A DNA stretch of 61,583 bases, counting the filler. It is 7 parts of 7 records of this genome, joined end to end, with 100 filler letters (N's around TTAATTAATTAA, not from the genome) between each part and the next. Parts side by side here need not be neighbours in the genome. Positions count along the whole stretch, not along the records: positions 17,448 to 26,913 come from SRR31156797_7045; positions 27,014 to 32,110 come from SRR31156797_7053; 5 more parts are not named here. One strand, written 5' to 3'. The notes under the pieces are model-generated. The model was not told where the DNA came from and did no database searches. It was given only the letters and a program-made list of their open reading frames with translations. Below are positions 20,165 through 28,766 of this stretch, one piece after another (position 1 is the stretch's first letter; each line of letters starts with the position of its first letter). The translations under genes were made by a program, and so were the position numbers.

Positions 20165-20755
20165 TTATTCGCTGTCGAGTGATTTACCGGCAGCGCACCG
20201 CCAACAGTGGTCGAACAGGAACTCCCATTCAGCCACCTGGATACGGCACCAAAGCGGGTCGTCCGGCTTGCCGTTATGGACCGCGATTTCACAGAGATCG
20301 ACGAAACTGGATGGATTCCATGTCTTTTGTGCGGCAATCGCCCGAGCCGCCGGACCGTCGCCGCTACCGGCGATTTCCGAGACCGCCTTTTGAAGTGGGC
20401 CATATACCGGATGGCTGCCGACCCGCCGGAACCAGTATTTCGAGTTCCAGAAGTCTCCTTCCCGACGATGCATGAGACCGTGCCAGTAGCTTCCCTCGGC
20501 ACTTTCGACGCGCTGGCTTATGCGATGAGATTCATCCAGAAACCCGAATCGCAGCCAAAGCGCCGACAGGCACGCCACCGCCATATCGAGGTCGTCCACA
20601 TCGCCGTCCGGGAACAGTTCGGTAGCGGACAGGCGACCCAGGGCCTCTCCGGCAATGACATCCCGGTGCCCCGCATCCAACGGCATGACGCCCCTGCCGC
20701 CTTTCAACAGTTCGGCGACAACGGGTCCATAAGTTGTCGAATCGAATTCGTGCAT
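20165..20755 (-). CDS. Conserved hypothetical protein
   Basis: Protein-like ORF with LDESHRISQ...YWHGLMHRREGDFWNSKYWFRRVG...EWEFLFDHC; consistent codon bias. Confidence 0.75.
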   Translation of the reverse strand: MHEFDSTTYGPVVAELLKGGRGVMPLDAGHRDVIAGEALGRLSATELFPDGDVDDLDMAVACLSALWLRFGFLDESHRISQRVESAEGSYWHGLMHRREGDFWNSKYWFRRVGSHPVYGPLQKAVSEIAGSGDGPAARAIAAQKTWNPSSFVDLCEIAVHNGKPDDPLWCRIQVAEWEFLFDHCWRCAAGKSLDSE

Positions 20756-21069
20756 GGCGGTTCCAAATATAAAAAGAAAACCGTTCTACACGATAGGACT
20801 TCGATATTTCATCCGGAAAAAACAAGGCCGACAACAATCGCTTTCGCAGCCCAATTTGGCAATTAAGTTTATCTATAGTTGTTCGATGTATGGCTTTATC
20901 TAATATAAATATAAAAAAACAAAAAAAATCGGTGTGAATTAACGGAATTTAACGGAAACACTGCATTTCTGATAGTATCAGCCGGCACAGGGTGGGGAAT
21001 CCCAGCAGTTTCTGCCGGGGATATCCTCGGGGTTTTTGAGTTTATAATTCCGGTGGGAGTGTCCTTGGC

Positions 21070-23043
21070 GTGGCCGCAGCGACACTGGATCAGATCGACG
21101 TCATGATGGTCGACCCGGACCGCAATTCGCAGTCCGTGGTCAAAACCATATTGTCGAGCCATGGTTTTCAGAACCTGCACTTTGGCAGGTCGCTGGATGA
21201 TGCGCGCAAACACGTAACCGACGCCCTTCCGGATCTTTTGATCTGCGAGTCCGACCTTCCCGACGGCGATTTTTGCGATTTCGTCTATCGCGTCCGGCAC
21301 CACGAAGTCGGCACCAATCCATTCGTCGCCATCATAGCTCTTACCCAGACGCCAAGCCCCGACACCGTCAGACGGGTCAGCGAATGCGGCGTCGACCATC
21401 TGGTTGTGAAACCGTTCTCGACCGGCCAGATGATCGACCGGATCAGATTGTTGATCGATTCGCGCAAGCTTTACATCGTGACCAGCGACTATATCGGTCC
21501 CGACCGGCGCAGTCGCCACGAAAGGGGGAATTCGGCAACCCCGATGGCCGTTCCCAACACCTTGAAAGCCAAGGCGATGGGTCAGGCGGATTCGGATGCC
21601 ATCCAGCGCGCTATCGATCTGACCGTCTCCGAGATCAACATTAAAAAACTCGAGCGTTACGACGACGAGATCGGTTTCCTGGTGGCACGTGTCTTGCCTC
21701 ACCTGAAAAGCGGAAATATCGATGAAACCGCTTCGCGATATCTCGATCGTCTGCTTTACGTGGCAGGAGATACCGCCCGGCGACTGGTCGGCACGAAGTA
21801 CGCCCATGTTTCGGAGCTGTGCGAAGCCTTGCTGACCGTCACCAATGCAGTGTCGTCAACCCGCAGCAATTTGGACAAAAGGGATATCCAACTGTTGGAG
21901 CCTCTTTCAAAGGCCATTCAGGTTGGTTTCGGCACAAGCGAGGCAACCATCGCTGCCGCCAGAGAGATTTCGACGCAGGCGTTGGCGCATTTCCGCGACA
22001 TCCAAGCCAAGATGGGACGTCCCACGGAACCTGCACAGTTCATACCCCGCCCCCCCGAGAGGCACCAAACCACAGCGCCGAGCGAACCGGCCAAGAAGGA
22101 ACAGAAGGCCACGGACGCTCCCGCCGAACCCGCGACGCCGGTCAAGAAACCGGATGTTGGCGCCGTACCGGCGGATCGGCCGGTTGCCAACGCCCGCGCC
22201 ATCCCTGCGAGGGAAGCGCCCGCATCAACCGTGCCGGCCACCGAACTGGGCTTAGGATTTAACGAATTGTTCGTCGAATGCCTGTGCAAGTTCATCCGCA
22301 GACGGCTGACGCCCTGGCATATTGAACCTGTTGGCCGCGATCCCTTGCCGTTTATCCTGTCGCCTGCATTTGGCGACTGCTTCGTCGCAGCCATCCGTAA
22401 ATATGTCGTCAATGCCATCCCTTTGAACCGCCGGCTTGTGGTTTTGTCGCAAAGCGTCAACAAAGGCGAGATCAGCGAAGCGTATTTCGCCAAGATGTTG
22501 GACGCGCCGAACCGCAACGAAAACGTCGGCCGGTTTTTATGGATGAACTGGTGGGATGATGTTGAGAAGGCATTGGCACCCGATACGCCGGCCTCCGTAA
22601 ACAAGCAGATTGCCATCGACGCGCCCCTTCTTTGGAAATCCCTCGAACACGGTGCCGCCAAGGGGAACTATGATCCGCCACGGGTCAAGGATATCGTCCT
22701 GTTCAAGGCGCTGTTCGATTTCGATTTGGAATCCATTCGAGCGGTAACGACGGGAGTCCAGCAGGTTCTACAACACGAAGCAACGGGCGAGGCGGGTGAC
22801 GGGGCATCACGGAATTATCTATTGAATCAGATCGAAAGCCAGGTCATTCATCTGGGTGAAGTCGCCGCCATCTGGGCCTATTTCACAAACGCCCAATTCA
22901 CGCCGGAAATTCAGAAATCCTTTGTTGCCAGCACCGGACGGACAGCGCGTGAGCGCCGCCAGGAATTGCCATTCTATCTTCGCTGGGCACCGGACCTGAC
23001 GCGCCGGCAGATGGGAAACGGAAGCACACAAAAACCGGGGTAG
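21070..23043 (+). CDS. Atypical response regulator: Cle-like receiver plus long C-terminal domains
   Basis: N-terminal receiver (VDPD, PDLLICE, ALT, VKPF), YIGPDRR motif, Pro/Ala linker and an unrecognised helical C-terminal domain. Confidence 0.8.
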   Translation: MAAATLDQIDVMMVDPDRNSQSVVKTILSSHGFQNLHFGRSLDDARKHVTDALPDLLICESDLPDGDFCDFVYRVRHHEVGTNPFVAIIALTQTPSPDTVRRVSECGVDHLVVKPFSTGQMIDRIRLLIDSRKLYIVTSDYIGPDRRSRHERGNSATPMAVPNTLKAKAMGQADSDAIQRAIDLTVSEINIKKLERYDDEIGFLVARVLPHLKSGNIDETASRYLDRLLYVAGDTARRLVGTKYAHVSELCEALLTVTNAVSSTRSNLDKRDIQLLEPLSKAIQVGFGTSEATIAAAREISTQALAHFRDIQAKMGRPTEPAQFIPRPPERHQTTAPSEPAKKEQKATDAPAEPATPVKKPDVGAVPADRPVANARAIPAREAPASTVPATELGLGFNELFVECLCKFIRRRLTPWHIEPVGRDPLPFILSPAFGDCFVAAIRKYVVNAIPLNRRLVVLSQSVNKGEISEAYFAKMLDAPNRNENVGRFLWMNWWDDVEKALAPDTPASVNKQIAIDAPLLWKSLEHGAAKGNYDPPRVKDIVLFKALFDFDLESIRAVTTGVQQVLQHEATGEAGDGASRNYLLNQIESQVIHLGEVAAIWAYFTNAQFTPEIQKSFVASTGRTARERRQELPFYLRWAPDLTRRQMGNGSTQKPG

Positions 23044-23074
23044 CTTTAGGATTTTCCCCAAAGCCGGCCAGGAA

Positions 23075-24382
23075 TCAGTCCCCCGCCAGTTCGCTCAGCA
23101 TGTCATCAACCGAAGAAAACTTGCGGCGCGGAGCACCTTCGCGTGCAGCGGCGACCTCGGCGGCGTCGATCTGTTGCCATTCCTCATGCGTAACCCAGCG
23201 CACGCAACGGGCCGACAGGTGGTTTTTCAAACCTGCGCGCCCCGGTTTATCGCCGCTGATCTTTGTTTTGCATACCTGTCTGGCAGCGTGTTCGCCATCG
23301 GCCTTGTTGCTGCCGACAAGGCCGGTCGGACCGCGTTTGGCCCATCCGGAAACGTAATACCCGTCGGCGATAACGCCGTCCTCGTTGAGAACATAGCCGC
23401 GATCGGCACAGACCGGCACGCCTTCCAGGGGAAGAACCCGGTACCCGACAGCGAGGACGACCATGCCGCAGCGAATATCGCGATAAGTACCCAATCCGCG
23501 CGCCCGGCCGCGGTCGACTATTCCCTGCTGGATACGAACCCCCTCGACGCGTTCGTTGCCGAGAACTTCCATGGGGATCGCATTGAAGCAGAAATGAATG
23601 TGCCGCTTGTGCTTTTCCATCGGCGGATCGGTGTAGGACGAGAAAATCTCGAGATTACGCTTGGCCGTCCGCAATGCCTGCGGCGACAGATCGTCCGGCA
23701 GTTCGTCGGGCAGGACTTCCGGATCGACGACCGGATCGCAGCCTTCGAGGCTCTGAAGTTCCCGAAGCGCGACACCCGAGAATTTGGCATCAAGCGGTCC
23801 CCGACGGCCGAGCAGGAAAATATTGGAAAGCCGGGAATTCGATATGGTGTCGATGGCGTATTGCGGCATGTCGGTGCGCGACAGTTCCTCTCGCGTTCGA
23901 CCCAGAATACGTGCGATATCCAGCGCCACATTGCCGTTGCCAACGACCGCAACCGCCTTTGTACCGATGGTCGAGATCAGATACCGAAAATCGGGATGGC
24001 CCGTATACCAGCCGACGAATTCGGCGGCACCGAAGACACCGGGCACCCGGTCATTGATCAGGGACGGTTTGTTGTCGGCTGGCGCTCCGACGGCAAGAAC
24101 GACCGCATCATACAGCGATCTAAGTTCGAGAATGCTGATGTCGCGGCCGACGGCTATGTTGCCGAAAAATTCGACCCGAGGGTCTTCCAACACCTTTTCA
24201 AACGCCTTGATGACACCTTTGGCGTCTTCGTGATCTGGCGCGATTCCGTATCTGATAAGCCCGAACGGCGAAGGGAACCGTTCAACAATGTCGATCCTGC
24301 AATCGATATCCTGGTCGACCAACGCCTTCGCGGTATAAAACCCGCTGGCGCCAGCGCCGACAATGGCAACGCTGATGGACAT
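23075..24382 (-). CDS. Ferredoxin--NADP+ reductase (adrenodoxin reductase/FprA type)
   Basis: GAGASG, PFGLIRYGIAPDH, GNGNVALDIAR, GRRGP and GWAKRGPTG motifs. Confidence 0.92.
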   Translation of the reverse strand: MSISVAIVGAGASGFYTAKALVDQDIDCRIDIVERFPSPFGLIRYGIAPDHEDAKGVIKAFEKVLEDPRVEFFGNIAVGRDISILELRSLYDAVVLAVGAPADNKPSLINDRVPGVFGAAEFVGWYTGHPDFRYLISTIGTKAVAVVGNGNVALDIARILGRTREELSRTDMPQYAIDTISNSRLSNIFLLGRRGPLDAKFSGVALRELQSLEGCDPVVDPEVLPDELPDDLSPQALRTAKRNLEIFSSYTDPPMEKHKRHIHFCFNAIPMEVLGNERVEGVRIQQGIVDRGRARGLGTYRDIRCGMVVLAVGYRVLPLEGVPVCADRGYVLNEDGVIADGYYVSGWAKRGPTGLVGSNKADGEHAARQVCKTKISGDKPGRAGLKNHLSARCVRWVTHEEWQQIDAAEVAAAREGAPRRKFSSVDDMLSELAGD

Positions 24383-24554
24383 ATCCCAATTTCCCAGGCC
24401 GTTTCGCCGTGTATTATTTCAAACGAATGTAAAACACCCGGCGGTCGATGGCAAAGGTTGGCCGATTCCAGACCTTTAGGCATCGACCCGAATCAAAGGG
24501 ATGGCAACCGATCGCCCGGACGGGACGATTGCTCGCCCGGGTCGATTCCAAGAC

Positions 24555-25589
24555 CTATTTCAGGATCCCGTTCGGATAGACAACGGACTTGATGCAGCCG
24601 TCCTTGTGCTCGGCCTGAATCTTATAGGCATCGATGGCCTGATCCAGTTCGACATGGTGGGTGAACAGCGCGTCGATATCGACCAAACCGCGTTTGACCG
24701 CGTCGATCGCTTCGGGGAACACATCGCCCATCATCTTGCACGAACACACGGTTACTTCCTTGGTGCGCATGGTCAGGGCATCGATGGGATTGTAGGTGAT
24801 GCCTGTGGGGATGCCGACCAGAACGATACGTCCGGCCCATTTGACAATGCGCACGGCCTGATCGAATGCCGACGGGTCGGTAGTCGCCTCAAGAACCAGT
24901 TCGACGCCTTCATCGCCGTTCAAGGCGACGACGTCCTCGAAACTTGCAACCGCATGATCGGCACCGAGTTTGAGCGCCGCTTCGCGCCGGTAGCCGACCG
25001 GTTCGACGACGATCAGGTTTCCGCATCCCTGGGCGCGCGCCAATTGCATCAGGATCAGGCCGATCGGGCCGGCACCCAGAACCGCCACCGACTGACCCAC
25101 CTGAAGGTTGGCCTTGCGAAGGGCATGAACGCAGATGCCGACCTGTTCCAATCCGGCCGCCTGAACCGGAGTGAATTCCTCGGGCACCTCGACAATCATG
25201 TGCCGGTTGGCCTTGAAGTATTCGGCCAATGCGCCCTGGTGCGGCGGGCCGCCATGGAAACGCTGATTCAGGCACATATTGGGCCATCCGGAGTGACACG
25301 GCTCGCAGTTGCCGCAGGCTTCGGCCGGTTCGATCGCCACAAGCTGTCCTTTTTTAAGGCCGAATTCAGGCGCCCTGTCATCCCACACCCAGGCCGCGGC
25401 TTCGTGTCCGGGCACCTGCGGATTGACGATGCGCTTCGTATTGACACCACCTTCCATATAATAATGCAGGTCGCTGCCGCAGACGCAGACGCTGGCGACC
25501 TTCATCAGAAGTTCGTCTTCTTTTGGTTCCGGCATCGGGATGTCTTCCAGCCGGATGTCCTTCTCACCATGAATTACGACGGCACGCAT
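24555..25589 (-). CDS. Zn-dependent alcohol/polyol dehydrogenase (MDR family)
   Basis: Likely start MRAVVIHG; CGSDLH, GHE, structural Zn motif CGNCEPC...C and GAGPIG. Confidence 0.92.
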   Translation of the reverse strand: MRAVVIHGEKDIRLEDIPMPEPKEDELLMKVASVCVCGSDLHYYMEGGVNTKRIVNPQVPGHEAAAWVWDDRAPEFGLKKGQLVAIEPAEACGNCEPCHSGWPNMCLNQRFHGGPPHQGALAEYFKANRHMIVEVPEEFTPVQAAGLEQVGICVHALRKANLQVGQSVAVLGAGPIGLILMQLARAQGCGNLIVVEPVGYRREAALKLGADHAVASFEDVVALNGDEGVELVLEATTDPSAFDQAVRIVKWAGRIVLVGIPTGITYNPIDALTMRTKEVTVCSCKMMGDVFPEAIDAVKRGLVDIDALFTHHVELDQAIDAYKIQAEHKDGCIKSVVYPNGILK

Positions 25590-25829
25590 TTGTTTCTTCT
25601 CCAGGCTTTTTTGGCTTTGTTGCGAAAGACCGAAATCTTCTCCTTGGCACCGGCCCTTATGGCCTAGCACAGCGGAACGGTACCCGGCGGCACCGACAAA
25701 ATAAAGGTCCCGCGTTCGGTCGGTATTCTATTTTGAACCGAAGCAATGCAAAAACGGAACATCCGCCGACAACACTTTCCGTTTCCGGAACTATTTCGAT
25801 CGAAATCCGCTGTTCTCGCGGTTTCCTTA

Positions 25830-26913
25830 TCAAACGCCGGGGTATTTGTAGTCCTCGACGACCTTGACTTCGACCATGGCGGCGCGCCCGGATCGGATCG
25901 AGGCGAGACCGCGCTCCAGTGCCGGCATCAGTTCGGATACCTTTTCGACGCGTTCCGCATGGCCGCCGAGGGCATCGACGACACCTGAATAGTCGCCGGT
26001 CAGTTTGTGGACGCCGTATTTTTCCGTCGCGATCGGCTGTTTTTTCGTATAGCCGCCCATAACGCCGTTGTTGATGAGAACGGTCATAATCGGGATGTTT
26101 TCGCGCACCGCCGTTTCGAAATCCATGCCGACCATGCCGAACGCGGCTTCGCCCATCAGGTTGACGGCATCCCATTCCGGTTTGGCCAGCTTGGCGCCCA
26201 TGATCAGGCCCAGGCCCGATCCCAAGGGCGTCGATTTACCCCAGGAAAGATAGCTGTGCGGGGCCACCGCCTCGTAAAAAGGCACCAACTGATCGCGCGG
26301 CGAACCGGCATCGTGGGTGATTACGCTAGCGGTCGGATCGAGCAAGGACTTGAGCGCCGAAACCACGACATAGGGACTGATCGGTTCTTCGGTCGAGGTC
26401 AGTTTCGAATTCCATTTCTTCAGGTAAGCCGCCTTTTGCACCTGCACTTCATCGGCCGCCACGCCATCGAGCGTGTGGCCGGCTTCGATGCGCCGGCGGG
26501 CTTCGTCGATCAGCAGGGCAAGCGCCGCCTTGGCATCGCCGACGACACCCTGGGAGCAGGGATAGTCCTTGCCGAAATCGCTCTCGTCGATGCAGATCTG
26601 GGTAAACGACTTGCCCTTCGGGAAGGGGGCAATGAACTTGGATTTGGTGAAACTGGTGCCAATGCCGAAAAACAGATCGCAGGCCTGCAGGTAATGATTG
26701 ACCGGGTCGGACCGGGACAATCCGTTGGCGGCACCGACCGACAGGGGATGGTTTTCCGGGAAGGCTCCCTTGCCGTTCAAAGACGTCAGAACCGGAATCT
26801 GCAGGAGTTCGGCAAAGCTCTTCAGTTCGGTCCAGGCCTCGGCATAGATCACACCCTGGCCGGCATAGATGGCCGGTCTTTCCGCCGCCAACAAGCGATC
26901 AAGCAATACAGAA
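25830..26913 (-). CDS. Thiamine-diphosphate-dependent enzyme, acetolactate-synthase-like (5' truncated)
   Basis: RPAIYAGQG, FPENHPL, DAGS and the GEAAFGM...NNG ThDP-binding motif. Confidence 0.88.
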
Positions 26914-27013
26914 NNNNNNNNNNNNNNNNNNNNNNNNNNNNNNNNNNNNNNNNNNNNTTAATTAATTAANNNNNNNNNNNNNNNNNNNNNNNNNNNNNNN
27001 NNNNNNNNNNNNN
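26914..27013. other. Artificial contig spacer
   Basis: Same N/TTAATTAATTAA linker. Confidence 0.97.
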
Positions 27014-27091
27014 AAGTATAAAGTATAAAGTATAAAGTATTTAGCCTAAACAACTGTTTCCTTTAACCCTTCTCCTTTCTCCTTTCTCCCT
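27014..27091. repeat. Heptamer tandem repeats
   Basis: (AAGTATA) x about 4 at 27014-27040 and (TTCTCCT) x about 3 at about 27070-27091. Confidence 0.75.
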
Positions 27092-27096
27092 TTTTT

Positions 27097-27861
27097 CTAT
27101 CTAACCCGTTTAATGCTTTGTTGTGTAAAGAAGCTATCCTCAATGGGTATATTAAATTCGATATGTTCAATGTTGACAATGGTGCGTTGATCAGGTTTGT
27201 CAGCCGGAATAATTTCGAACTGAGAAGGTAAAACACGGCCACTCATGGTGGTAATATTATGCCCCAGTTCTGTTTTTACCAGGTAATCGTCTTCGTCAAA
27301 ATATTCCAGTTTAATTTGAAGATATTCATCTTTGGTAATCCACATCAATACTTTACCCCAGGCCACCGTAGCGTCTTCTTTAGGAATCAATTCAATATGG
27401 TAGCAATCATGACCATCAATCTTTTCTTCACCCAGCAGTTTATGCGTGTAATCTTCCACAATGGAAGATTGATTTAAGGCATCGTCATTGGTATAATCAG
27501 AACCCATCCATCCTTGCGACATCATGGAAGGAGGTAGTTTGATCATGCGCGAGATCTTAGGATTCCAGTTCCACATTTCACGATCTCGTTTTAAAAAAGC
27601 TTGACCTTTTTCGCGGGCAGGAGCTGTCACTAAAGTCACGGCATATTTAGTTCCTTTCGACCAGTTTTTAAAGGATAGGCTACGTTCATATGAAGGCCTT
27701 TTAATCACCATGTTCATTACTGAGTGACTTGATTTTTCCCCTTGAACTTTATCGTGTGCTTTTTGCACAATCTCTTTAGCATCCTGAGCAGTAGAAGTCA
27801 GGAAAGCAATGCTTAGTAGTGGTGTTAAAATCATCTTTAGTATTAGTGTTTGCGTTTTCAT
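27097..27861 (-). CDS. Outer-membrane lipoprotein-sorting (LolA-like) protein
   Basis: Signal peptide; APAREKGQAFLK and MSQGWMGSDYTNDD motifs of this family. Confidence 0.85.
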   Translation of the reverse strand: MKTQTLILKMILTPLLSIAFLTSTAQDAKEIVQKAHDKVQGEKSSHSVMNMVIKRPSYERSLSFKNWSKGTKYAVTLVTAPAREKGQAFLKRDREMWNWNPKISRMIKLPPSMMSQGWMGSDYTNDDALNQSSIVEDYTHKLLGEEKIDGHDCYHIELIPKEDATVAWGKVLMWITKDEYLQIKLEYFDEDDYLVKTELGHNITTMSGRVLPSQFEIIPADKPDQRTIVNIEHIEFNIPIEDSFFTQQSIKRVR

Positions 27862-27885
27862 GTGTAAATATTTTGTTTTTCAGAG

Positions 27886-28467
27886 TTACTTACATTGAAA
27901 TAATCGATGTATTTTCTTTTTAACGCCTTCCATGGGGAAGTTATCCGGATCCATAATAAAATGAAGCCCAACACCGTCCATCATGGCCGCAAAAAAGCGA
28001 ACTTCAGCTTCCGGATCTTCATAGCCTTTGCTAATAAAATAGTTCATGGCTACTTCCATAAATGGTTGCAGCGTTTGCTCCAGATGAGGTGTGATAATGG
28101 CATATACTTCAGGTTGAAGTAAAACCATAAAGTACATTCTCCAAAATGAAAGCTTGTTTTTTAAAGTATCAAAGGAGTGGTCGATAAAAGCATGCAGTTC
28201 CTCTTCGGTAATAACACCATCATGGTCAGCATCAAAAGTGGTAGTCAGTTGATTAAAACCATCTATCATAATGCTGATGACCAACTCTTCCTTGCTTTTA
28301 AAATAATTATACATCAAGCCCTTTGATATAGCTGCTTTTTGTGCAATTCGGGCGATGGAGGCATTGGAGAATCCTTTCTCTGCAATTACCTCAAGCGCTA
28401 CATTCATAATCTGTTGCTTGCGTTCTTCTCTAATCTTTTCGTTCTGTAAATCGCTTCGTGGTGACAT
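27886..28467 (-). CDS. TetR/AcrR family transcriptional regulator
   Basis: N-terminal HTH: IAQKAAISKGLMYNYFKSKEEL. Confidence 0.93.
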   Translation of the reverse strand: MSPRSDLQNEKIREERKQQIMNVALEVIAEKGFSNASIARIAQKAAISKGLMYNYFKSKEELVISIMIDGFNQLTTTFDADHDGVITEEELHAFIDHSFDTLKNKLSFWRMYFMVLLQPEVYAIITPHLEQTLQPFMEVAMNYFISKGYEDPEAEVRFFAAMMDGVGLHFIMDPDNFPMEGVKKKIHRLFQCK

Positions 28468-28479
28468 ATTGTTTTTTAA

Positions 28480-28497
28480 TGACTAAACGTTCAGTCA
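28480..28497. promoter_or_regulatory. Putative TetR operator
   Basis: TGACTAAAC-GTTCAGTCA, an 18-bp palindrome with one mismatch, 12 nt upstream of the TetR start codon. Confidence 0.65.
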
Positions 28498-28766
28498 AAA
28501 ATACGAATGCAATTTTTATAATCAAATTTATTAGGGTTATAATTTGTTAATCAAATCAGAATATAGAGGTATAATTTCGCCCAATTGGGCGTTAATAGTG
28601 CTATCCGAGAGGATTGAAAAAATATCAAAAAAATAATTGGGTTTAGGCGTAAACGTGGTTAGTTGAGGTAATTAAGAGGTGAGTGTAGGCGTATTGAGAG
28701 TCTAATATTTACTTTGGCATATGCTTAGTTTATTCATGTGGCAATAGAAACTATAAACTAAAACAC

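Noticed and set aside
20939-20953. CtrA box
   Set aside because: The TTAA half-sites are separated by 6 nt rather than the canonical 7; kept only as a generic direct repeat.
17528-26969. Many long overlapping or antisense ORFs (e.g. 23174-24592, 24501-25667, 26007-26969, 20896-21807)
   Set aside because: Shadow frames of well-supported genes in GC-rich DNA; no recognisable motifs.
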